In this document: one piece after another, positions 45,184 to 52,244 of the stretch | Position numbering within the stretch: the first letter of the stretch is position 1 | Layout of the letters: each line of letters opens with the position of its first letter | Assembly: GCA_041740315.1 (NCBI GenBank) | Contig: JBGSMF010000337.1 | Span: 5,961-69,960, forward strand | Length of the DNA stretch: 64,000 bases | Reading direction: 5' to 3' | Source of the DNA: Thermoflexales bacterium | Lineage (GTDB): Bacteria; Chloroflexota; Anaerolineae; Fen-1058 | Program-made: the position numbers and the translations under genes | Notes under the pieces: generated by a model | Told to the model about the DNA's origin: nothing | What the model saw: only the letters and a program-made list of their open reading frames with translations | Databases searched by the model: none

Positions 45184-45684
45184 ATGAGTATTTTAGATAT
45201 TGGGTTTATCGCGCGTACCCGGCGCAACCATGCGCTCGAGCACGCCACCATTCACGTTTTGTCGCAGCGCCACCCTGGCATCAGCCTGGTGGGCCGTTCA
45301 ACGCCGTTTGGATATTACATCTATGGCGAGGTCACCACCGATCAAGTTGCTGCGGGGGCGAACGAAGCCTTGCGCCGCCTCAAGGCGGGCGAGCGCCGGC
45401 TGGCCATTCACCCGGGTTGCGGCACCAATCTGGTTACCTCGGGCATGCTGGCTGGCGGTGGAGCCTTTGTTGCAATGGGCGGGCGGAGCAAGAAATGGAG
45501 TTGGGATCGCCTGCCGGTGGTGCTTTCGGTGACAATGATTGCTTTGGTTTTGGCGCAACCGCTAGGCCCAATCGTTCAAGAGCGCATCACCACTTTGCCC
45601 GATGTGGGCGAACTGGGCATCACCGGCGTGCAAGATGTCTCGCGCGGCGGGATCAAGGCTCATAGGATAAGCACGCAGAGCTAA
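45184..45684 (+). CDS. Conserved hypothetical protein (possible metal-binding NHALEH...HPGCGTN motifs, C-terminal TM segments)
   Basis: 166 aa from ATG 45184; no family recognised with confidence. Confidence 0.45.
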   Translation: MSILDIGFIARTRRNHALEHATIHVLSQRHPGISLVGRSTPFGYYIYGEVTTDQVAAGANEALRRLKAGERRLAIHPGCGTNLVTSGMLAGGGAFVAMGGRSKKWSWDRLPVVLSVTMIALVLAQPLGPIVQERITTLPDVGELGITGVQDVSRGGIKAHRISTQS

Positions 45685-45708
45685 CGCCCATACTCCTTTC
45701 TACAAGCC

Positions 45709-46713
45709 ATGTTTTACATTTTCCACGGCGACGACGAGTTGGCCCGCGCAGAGCAGGTGGCCGCATTCAAGACCAGGGTCGGAGATGCCACCGTGCGCGA
45801 CTTGAATATCACTGTGCTAGAAGGCCGCAAGGTGACACTGTCAGAGCTGCGCTTTGCGTGCGATAGCGTGCCTTTCTTGGCCGACAAGCGGCTGGTGATT
45901 GTGCAGGATCTGTTGAGTGGGTTGGTAGCCCGCCGTGGCAAAAAGGGCGGCGCCGAAACGGACGCATCAGTTGCGCAAAAGGCTTTTTTGGATGAGCTGT
46001 TGGCCTATTTGCCCACTCTTCCTGAAACCACTCGCCTGATTTTTGTAGAAGCTCGCCCGCTGCCTGCCCATCACCCCGTCATCAAGCTGGCTGCCTCGAT
46101 AGACAAGCGCACCGTGCACCAGTTCCAATTGCCGCCGCCCGGCCAATTGGCCCATTGGGTTGTTGACCGCGCCAAGCATCACGGCGGGCAGCTTGCGCCG
46201 GCAGCCGCCACGCTGCTGGCCGAGTTTTCTGGCGGCGACTTGCGCGCGCTGGATCAAAATATCGTCAAGCTGCTGACTTTTGTCAATTGGTCCAGGCCGG
46301 TAAGCGCCGACGATGTGCGGCTGCTGGTGCACGATGTTCACCAGGGCGATGTGTTTGCGATGGTTGACGCGCTGGCGCAGGGCAACGGTCAGGTGGCGGC
46401 GCGCGAGCTGCATCGCTTGCTCGATTCGGGCGAGGCGGCCCTGAGCTTGATGGCGATGATCATTCGCCAGTTTCGGCTGTTGATTTTGCTCAAAGAGCTG
46501 GATGGGCAAAATATCACCGGCGATGCGGCCGCGGCCAAGCTGGGCCTTCACCCTTATGTGGCCAAAAAACTGGGAGCGCAGACGCGCGCGTTTACCATGG
46601 ATCAACTGGAGGCGGTTTACCGCCGCCTGCAAGAGATTGACTTTGAAATCAAGACTGGCCAGACCGAGGACATTGTGGCGTTGGATGTGCTGGTAGCAGG
46701 CCTGTCTATCTAA
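45709..46713 (+). CDS. holA: DNA polymerase III delta subunit
   Basis: 334 aa; MFYIFHGDDELARAEQV start and overall clamp-loader delta layout. Confidence 0.7.
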   Translation: MFYIFHGDDELARAEQVAAFKTRVGDATVRDLNITVLEGRKVTLSELRFACDSVPFLADKRLVIVQDLLSGLVARRGKKGGAETDASVAQKAFLDELLAYLPTLPETTRLIFVEARPLPAHHPVIKLAASIDKRTVHQFQLPPPGQLAHWVVDRAKHHGGQLAPAAATLLAEFSGGDLRALDQNIVKLLTFVNWSRPVSADDVRLLVHDVHQGDVFAMVDALAQGNGQVAARELHRLLDSGEAALSLMAMIIRQFRLLILLKELDGQNITGDAAAAKLGLHPYVAKKLGAQTRAFTMDQLEAVYRRLQEIDFEIKTGQTEDIVALDVLVAGLSI

Positions 46714-46815
46714 TTCTTGTTGGGAAACCCCGTAAAAGCGGCACGCTTTGCGCCATGCCGCTTGGCATAGGCTGACATGACGCAAAGCGTGTCAACCTAC
46801 TTTCCCGACAAAAAC

Positions 46816-46940
46816 GTAACTACTCAGCCGGCACCCTTCGACCTGTCTGCCGACAGAGCAGGCTACGCGCCGCGCATCCTGAGCGAAGTGAAACGCAGTC
46901 GAAGGAGCGCGGCGCTCCGCTCAGGATGCTGAGTAGTTAC
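46816..46940. mobile_element. MITE copy 1 (GTAACTNCTCAG-terminus family)
   Basis: 13-bp perfect terminal inverted repeats GTAACTACTCAGC / GCTGAGTAGTTAC. Flanked on both sides by the 8-bp direct repeat ACAAAAAC (46808-46815, 46941-46948). Interior has nested palindromes (GCATCCTGAGCG 46874-46885 / CGCTCAGGATGC 46918-46929). Confidence 0.7.
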
Positions 46941-46951
46941 ACAAAAACTAT

Positions 46952-48040
46952 CTATGCCAGCGGTTTGGCTCTATTGCGGTTGAGGCGCAAAAAAGGTTCT
47001 TCACCCTCCAGGCTGCCGTAGCAGACCTGAGCAGAAGCTTTGCAGCCCCCCTGGCACTCGTTGCGCAGCGCGCAGGGCGCGCAAAAGGCCGGCACAGCGG
47101 CGACAAAACCTGCCAGGCGAGCGGGGGCGATGATGTGGGCGAATGGCTCGTCCCAGGCATTGCCCAAGATGGTGGGCGTGTGATTGCACGGGCGCACATT
47201 GCCCGCCGTGTCAAGCGTGTAATAGGCGCGGCTGGAACCGGCGGCGCAAAACCCAAAGCCCAGGTGCGGGTAAGCCGAGTTGTCTATCAGGCAGGGCTGA
47301 ATGGGGATGGAGCACGCCACCGATAGCTTGAACTCTTGGGTGGCGGCCTCGGCCACCTCTAACGCGGCGCGCATTTCTTCCACAGTCGGCAGCAATTCTT
47401 CAATATTCCCCGCCCCTCGCCCTCCAGGGTTGAAACGGTTTAGCATCACCCCGCGCACGCCAAAAGCAAAGGCCAGTTTGAGCGTATCGTGCAGGTGGGC
47501 AATGTTATGGCGGGTGGCCACAAATACGGCCACGGCCTGCCCCTGATGATAGCGAATGTGCGCCAGCGCCGCCAGCACCGCGTCGAACGCGCCCGTAGCG
47601 CCAGACAGCGCATCGTGCGCCTCGCGGCGAAAGCTGAGCAGCGGCAGCTCAAACAACCCCACCCCGCGCTCAATCAACTCGGCTGCCAACTCGTCGGTGA
47701 GGAGATGGCCGTTGCTGATGAGGTTGACGCGCGCGCCACGCTCGGCCAGAAAGCTGACAATGTCCGGCAGGTCGGGGCGCAGCAGCGGCTCGCCGCCGGT
47801 CAGCGTGACGTGAGTGCAGTCTATCTGGTCGAGGACGTGAGCCAGCAGCGGACGCACGTCGGACCTCTCTTTCCCCCTAGGCCCCCCTTCCTCTTTCGGC
47901 GAGAGAGGAAGGGGAGCAGTGGAAAGCGCAGAGGGGGTGGCGGGGTCAGGGTGGTTCCAATAGTTGTAGCAATGCAGGCAGGCGTGATTGCAGGCCGGGG
48001 TGACTTCGAGAATGATGGTTTGCAGGCGCGGGCGGGTCAT
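46952..48040 (-). CDS. Radical SAM / SPASM-domain protein-modifying enzyme (anSME/QhpD-like architecture, no RRE domain)
   Basis: 362 aa; CNHACLHCYN (CxxxCxxC) at residues 17-24, GGEPLL, C-terminal SPASM cysteines (CAAG...RPC...CAPCALRNECQGGC). The start codon overlaps the stop of the upstream gene (ATGA). Confidence 0.85.
   Translation of the reverse strand: MTRPRLQTIILEVTPACNHACLHCYNYWNHPDPATPSALSTAPLPLSPKEEGGPRGKERSDVRPLLAHVLDQIDCTHVTLTGGEPLLRPDLPDIVSFLAERGARVNLISNGHLLTDELAAELIERGVGLFELPLLSFRREAHDALSGATGAFDAVLAALAHIRYHQGQAVAVFVATRHNIAHLHDTLKLAFAFGVRGVMLNRFNPGGRGAGNIEELLPTVEEMRAALEVAEAATQEFKLSVACSIPIQPCLIDNSAYPHLGFGFCAAGSSRAYYTLDTAGNVRPCNHTPTILGNAWDEPFAHIIAPARLAGFVAAVPAFCAPCALRNECQGGCKASAQVCYGSLEGEEPFLRLNRNRAKPLA
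47884..47914. repeat. Intragenic pyrimidine-run/purine-run hairpin inside the radical SAM ORF
   Basis: CCCCTTCCTCT ttcggcgag AGAGGAAGGGG. It encodes part of ...PLPLSPKEEGGPRGKERS... between the CxxxCxxC and GGEPLL motifs. Confidence 0.6.
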
Positions 48041-48726
48041 TTTTGCTCCACTAGCAGCCTGGCCAAAAGGCGCGCTGCCTCAGCCGATTCGGGCGGGATA
48101 TCCATCTCCAGTTCGGGCCACTGGGGATAAGCTTGAGCAGCCTGCCCTGCTTGCAGCACGGCGTCAATAAAAGCCTGCTCTTCCTCGTCGGACATTGCCA
48201 GGAAGGCAATGTCTCGCTCGATGGCAGCCTGGGCCTGGGCAACGACGGCCGGGTCAAGGCTGCTGCGCTGCGACATTTCGATGAGCGCCTGGGCCTGTTG
48301 GGCCAGCTCGTCGCTGCTTTGAGAGCCATAGACGGGGCCGGGCGAGGGTTTGTAACAAGTGACGCCCGAATTGAGCATCCAGATGTGGTGGGCCGCCGCT
48401 TCAAAAGCGGCTTGCATATCTTGGGCCACAGCAGAGTCGAGCTGCCCGGCTTGCGCCAGCTTGTCTAGCGCCGCGCGGTGGTTGGCGATCAGGCTTTCCA
48501 GCGTCTTTTGGCCAAGCTCACCTTTGGGGGCATCTTGGGCCAACTGCTTTAGCCCCACCCACTGCGCGCGCACGCTGGCCCAATCGTCGCCTTGGCTGCC
48601 TTTTGCTGGGGTGGGCTCAGAGGTCACCGCTGCATAGCAGGTTGTCTGGGGTTGGCAGCTAGCCAGCGCCAGCGATGCCAGCAGCACTCCCGTATTGCGA
48701 AGAAATTCTCGCCGACTAGGTTTCAT
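48037..48726 (-). CDS. Tat-signal (lipo)protein, T-C-Y motif family, paralogue 1
   Basis: 229 aa; MKPSRREFLRNTGVLLASLALASC (SRRxFL twin-arginine motif + lipobox). TCY at Cys30 and Cys124. Helical A/Q/E/L-rich body; C-terminal DIPPESAEAARLLARLL. Confidence 0.75.
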   Translation of the reverse strand: MKPSRREFLRNTGVLLASLALASCQPQTTCYAAVTSEPTPAKGSQGDDWASVRAQWVGLKQLAQDAPKGELGQKTLESLIANHRAALDKLAQAGQLDSAVAQDMQAAFEAAAHHIWMLNSGVTCYKPSPGPVYGSQSSDELAQQAQALIEMSQRSSLDPAVVAQAQAAIERDIAFLAMSDEEEQAFIDAVLQAGQAAQAYPQWPELEMDIPPESAEAARLLARLLVEQK

Positions 48727-48737
48727 TTGGCCTCCTT

Positions 48738-49382
48738 TTACTTGTCCAGCAACAAATCTACCAGCAGGCGCGCCGCCTCGGCAGATTCGGGAGGAATATC
48801 CAGATCAATTTCGGTGAGGGAGGGAAACTTTAACGAATCGCCAGCGGCATCCCTCACGGCTTTGGTGAGCGAGGTCTTTTCGCTCTCTGGCATAGCCAGG
48901 AAGGCAATGTCGCGCTCGATGGCGGTTTGGGCCTGAGCGACGGTGGCGTTGTCAATGTTGCTGCGCTCAGACATCTCTAGCAGCGCCTCGGCCTGTTTAG
49001 CCAAGTTGCTGCTGCTCTCGACCTGATACTCGGGCCCTATCATCGGCTCGTAGCAGGTGATGGGGGCGTTGGCCCGCCAGACGTGGTAAGCGGCGCCGTC
49101 AAAGGCGGCTTGCATATCCTCGGCCACGGCAGAATCCAGCTTGCCGGCGGCCACCAGCCGGTCTAACGCGGCGCGATGTTCGGCGGCTAGGCGCTGGCGT
49201 GTCTTGTCGCCACGGTCGGCATCTTGGGCGTCTTGGGCCAGGCCTTCCAGCCCGGCCCACTGTTGGCGCAGGTCGTCCCAATCGTCGCCCTGGCTGCCGC
49301 CTGGGATGGCGCAGCGCGCTGCGGCCAGAGCTGCCAGCGCAATGCCAAGGCGCTGAAGAAATTCACGGCGGGTGGTAGACAT
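48738..49382 (-). CDS. Tat-signal protein, T-C-Y motif family, paralogue 2
   Basis: 214 aa; MSTTRREFLQRLGIALAALAAARC; TCY at Cys110; the same conserved blocks (AVAEDMQAAF, AQAQTAIERDIAFLAM, DIPPESAEAARLL). Confidence 0.75.
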   Translation of the reverse strand: MSTTRREFLQRLGIALAALAAARCAIPGGSQGDDWDDLRQQWAGLEGLAQDAQDADRGDKTRQRLAAEHRAALDRLVAAGKLDSAVAEDMQAAFDGAAYHVWRANAPITCYEPMIGPEYQVESSSNLAKQAEALLEMSERSNIDNATVAQAQTAIERDIAFLAMPESEKTSLTKAVRDAAGDSLKFPSLTEIDLDIPPESAEAARLLVDLLLDK

Positions 49383-49392
49383 ATTCTTATCC

Positions 49393-50067
49393 TCACTGTT
49401 TCAGCAATAGCCACACCAAGATGCGCGCGGCCTCGATTTCTTCTGGCGCAGCCTGGATAGTTTCTAGCTCGTCAGGCTGTTGGCCCGCGCCAAATTGCGA
49501 TAGCCAGGCAATATCACGTTCGAGCGCGGCCTGGGCCTGGGCAATCGTGGCCGATTCGAGATTGCTTTGGCCGGCCATCTCGGTCAGCGCGGCGGCCTGC
49601 TGCGTCAGATCCTCGCGTGGGTTGAATTCGGGTGGCAGGGCGATGTAGCAGGTGGCCATTTGGCGTTGGATGTGGGCGATGGCCTGCTCGAACGCCACGC
49701 CGATTTCTTGGGCCACGGCGGCCTCTAGCTCGCCGCCGGCAACCAAAGCGTCAAGCGCCTGGGTATGCCGTTGGCGCAGCTCACGGGAGAAATCCGTCTC
49801 TTCGTAAGATTGGAGCTGCTTGTTTTTCAGGCTCAGCCAACAATCTCTAAGCGTGCCCCAGTGTGGGCTTGCGCCCAGGGCAGGGGTGGGTGTAGGTGGC
49901 ATGGCTGTGTAGCACGTCATGGGCGCTGTAGGGGTAGGTTCGACCATTTCATAGCACGTGACAAATGGCGTTGGGGTCAGCCGGCGCGTCAATCCGCAGC
50001 CTGTGGTCAACAGGGCTGCCAGCGTGACGCCAAAAGCGCGGATAAACTCGCGGCGGGTGGGTTCCAT
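49393..50067 (-). CDS. Tat-signal (lipo)protein, T-C-Y motif family, paralogue 3
   Basis: 224 aa from ATG 50065-50067 (GGAG 6 nt upstream); MEPTRREFIRAFGVTLAALLTTGC; TCY at Cys38, Cys52 and Cys140. The track start 50103 lies inside a MITE. Confidence 0.75.
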   Translation of the reverse strand: MEPTRREFIRAFGVTLAALLTTGCGLTRRLTPTPFVTCYEMVEPTPTAPMTCYTAMPPTPTPALGASPHWGTLRDCWLSLKNKQLQSYEETDFSRELRQRHTQALDALVAGGELEAAVAQEIGVAFEQAIAHIQRQMATCYIALPPEFNPREDLTQQAAALTEMAGQSNLESATIAQAQAALERDIAWLSQFGAGQQPDELETIQAAPEEIEAARILVWLLLKQ

Positions 50068-50081
50068 TTTCTTCTCCTTTG

Positions 50082-50202
50082 GTAACTGCTCAGGCATGTG
50101 CATTTATCTCACCACTAAGGACACCAAGGACACTAAGTAGATTTCCTTTGTGTACTTTGTGCCCTTTGTGGTAAAAAAAATGAGCTATGGCTGAGTAGTT
50201 AC
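50082..50202. mobile_element. MITE copy 2 (GTAACTNCTCAG-terminus family)
   Basis: Termini GTAACTGCTCAGGC / GGCTGAGTAGTTAC (12/14 complementary). Flanked by the perfect 8-bp direct repeat CTCCTTTG (50074-50081 and 50203-50210). Interior is a long imperfect palindrome (ccactaaggacaccaaggacactaag / ctttgtgtactttgtgccctttgtgg). Confidence 0.7.
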
Positions 50203-50288
50203 CTCCTTTGAAAATTCAGCGATTGGCGTGCCAATTTGACGCCAGGTAGTGGAGAAATGTTCCGCAAAGTGATTGTAGCGCAAAAGCG

Positions 50289-50324
50289 CCAAAATAAAAA
50301 ACGCCGGGGAGAATGCCCCGGCGT
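50289..50324 (-). terminator. Intrinsic terminator of the FtsK-like operon
   Basis: Minus strand: ACGCCGGGG cattct CCCCGGCGT followed by TTTTTATTTT. Confidence 0.65.
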
Positions 50325-50397
50325 CGCACTTTTAACGCAAGCGGGTAGCCTGCGTGTGCGCATTATGTTTTGAACTGCCTGGTTACAAACTGCCTGC

Positions 50398-50634
50398 TCA
50401 CAAGCCGCTTGCTTCCATCACGCCCAGCCAAAAATGATTGGGCAGCACATTGTGCGCGGCCACCAAGCGAAGCGCGCCCAGCTTGGCTTCTTGGTTGCCG
50501 ATCATGGTTGGATGAACATAACAGACATTTGGCACATGACCGTATTTTTGCCGATAACGGTTGGCGGCGCGTTCTATTTTGTCTAGCAGGCTGCGGCCTG
50601 CATTGTCATCGAACCACAATAGCCCTTCTCGCAT
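50398..50634 (-). CDS. Hypothetical small protein
   Basis: 78 aa, coding-like composition, last gene before the terminator. Confidence 0.4.
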   Translation of the reverse strand: MREGLLWFDDNAGRSLLDKIERAANRYRQKYGHVPNVCYVHPTMIGNQEAKLGALRLVAAHNVLPNHFWLGVMEASGL

Positions 50635-50687
50635 AGTCTTGCCCCGTTTCCCTGCAAGATTGCAGACCCTAGCAAGATTGCTAGGTC

Positions 50688-50996
50688 CTAATCACGCTCG
50701 AAATATTCGACATGCCAGGAATTCTTTTTGACGTCTTGGTAAAGCTCAAAGCGGCCCTCTGCGCAGCGCACGCGGAAGCAATGCCGCTCTACCTCCCACA
50801 GCCAGCGATGCGATACCGTCCAACATCGCTCGACAGCGTGCACATCGTAACGCCTTCCCCGCCAGATAAAGCACTGTGGGAAATAGCCAAAACGCTTGGC
50901 TTCCATTCTGATTTTTTCACCCTGTGGACGCCGTCGCCGAGCATGCGAGCGGGCGCCAGACTGTTTGCTGTTTTGTCTAAATAATGTGATGCTCAT
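50688..50996 (-). CDS. Hypothetical basic, Trp/Arg-rich small protein
   Basis: 102 aa (FGYFPQCFIWRGRRYDVHAVERCWTVSHRWLWEVERHCFRVRC), 17 nt downstream of the FtsK-like gene. Confidence 0.4.
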   Translation of the reverse strand: MSITLFRQNSKQSGARSHARRRRPQGEKIRMEAKRFGYFPQCFIWRGRRYDVHAVERCWTVSHRWLWEVERHCFRVRCAEGRFELYQDVKKNSWHVEYFERD

Positions 50997-51013
50997 GGGT
51001 TATGATCTCCTCT

Positions 51014-52045
51014 TTAATGAGAAACTAGATTCCAACTGCGCATTCCGTTGTTCAATTGCTCAACCAATTGCCTGCCTTCGGCGGGTGTGGCAAAAGCGGC
51101 CTGAAAACGCCACAGCGCGCCTTGAGCTATGCCAATAAAATCGCCGCGCCCCTTGAGCTTTTCTGCGCCGCTTTCTGCCAGGCCGGTTGCAGCATAGGCT
51201 TCATCCGAGTTGCCAACTTTGCCTACCAAACGCACCGGAAAAGCGGTTTGCGCCAGCGCCTCCGATGATGTTATGGTTATGGGCGGCTTTTGGGCGCAGG
51301 CAATGACGTGGATGCCGGCCCATCGCCCACGCTGGGTCAGGCGCGCCAGGGCCTGGGGCACATGGTCGCCAGCTATTTGCAACAATGGGTCTGTTTCATC
51401 TATAACAACAACAATGCGAGGCGCGCGGGTTTGGGTGCGCTCGCGTGTTTCTACCAAGCGCACCAGTTCATCTAGCGCGTCAAGCGCGTCGTTGACATTT
51501 TGGATTACAGGCCATAGCAGATGAGCAAGTTGGCCCAAATGGCCAAGCGCACGCTGCTTGGGATCAATAAGGACGAACATCAACTGGCTGCGGCGATGTG
51601 ATAGCGCCAGGCTAAGAATGATGGTTTGAGCCAGGGTTGTCTTGCCTGAACCCAGTGTGCCGAGGATATGAATGTGGCCAACCACTGGGCTGGGTAGGCG
51701 AACCAGCAATGGCGCGCCATCGTCAACGATGCCCAGCAAAGCCGTGAAAGAGGGTATTGGGTGACCAAGCCGCAAATAGGATTGCAGCAACTCAACCAGG
51801 CGAGTTGGCAAGTTGTGCGCAGTATGCCTTGGTTTGGACAAAAGGGTGAATGATGCGCCAGCGATCATTGCCAATTCTTTTGCCAGCCTTTGCACTCTAT
51901 TGGATGGGGCAGTGAGATGTGGGAACAAGCTCAGGTTGGCAGCATGAGATGATAAATAGCTCACCATGCGAGTGGGTTCGCTATATGGCTGCCGCGATAA
52001 TTCTGTACAAGTTGAATTTGTTTGAAACAATTGAGGTGCTTGCAT
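51014..52045 (-). CDS. FtsK/SpoIIIE-family ATPase domain protein without membrane anchor
   Basis: 343 aa; Walker A GTLGSGKTT, Walker B IVVVIDETD, GRWAGIHVIACAQKP, GRGDF; the start may be an internal Met. Confidence 0.65.
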   Translation of the reverse strand: MQAPQLFQTNSTCTELSRQPYSEPTRMVSYLSSHAANLSLFPHLTAPSNRVQRLAKELAMIAGASFTLLSKPRHTAHNLPTRLVELLQSYLRLGHPIPSFTALLGIVDDGAPLLVRLPSPVVGHIHILGTLGSGKTTLAQTIILSLALSHRRSQLMFVLIDPKQRALGHLGQLAHLLWPVIQNVNDALDALDELVRLVETRERTQTRAPRIVVVIDETDPLLQIAGDHVPQALARLTQRGRWAGIHVIACAQKPPITITSSEALAQTAFPVRLVGKVGNSDEAYAATGLAESGAEKLKGRGDFIGIAQGALWRFQAAFATPAEGRQLVEQLNNGMRSWNLVSH

Positions 52046-52155
52046 GGCATTTATTAACCACCAGAACTATTGATCTGATTAACCCAATTATACAGAACTT
52101 TTGTTCTGTTGTCAAGAAAACACAGCAAAAAGGCAAAAATTTAAGGAAAAGGGTC

Positions 52156-52184
52156 TTGACAATGCAAGCGGTTGCATTTATAAT
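52156..52184 (+). promoter_or_regulatory. Perfect-consensus sigma70 promoter of the second LacI-family gene
   Basis: TTGACA-17 nt-TATAAT. Confidence 0.65.
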
Positions 52185-52226
52185 GCATTGTGCAAGCGGT
52201 TGCATAAAATCAATGCAAAAGTTGCA
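52163..52226. promoter_or_regulatory. Three LacI-type operator palindromes
   Basis: TGCAAGCGGTTGCA (52163-52176, inside the promoter spacer), TGCAAGCGGTTGCA (52191-52204), TGCAAAAGTTGCA (52214-52226). Confidence 0.6.
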
Positions 52227-52244
52227 AGGGTACCCTGGGTGTGT

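Noticed and set aside
45967-46785. 272-aa minus-strand ORF
   Set aside because: It is antisense to holA and has no motifs. The same reasoning applies to 1991-2776(+), 16145-16726(-), 53431-54165(-), 58373-58996(-), 61480-62142(+) and 34500-35114(-).
46816-50202. Idea that the TCY/rSAM operon is a composite transposon bounded by two MITEs
   Set aside because: Each MITE carries its own different 8-bp duplication (ACAAAAAC versus CTCCTTTG), which indicates two independent insertions. The outer flanks of the pair do not match each other.
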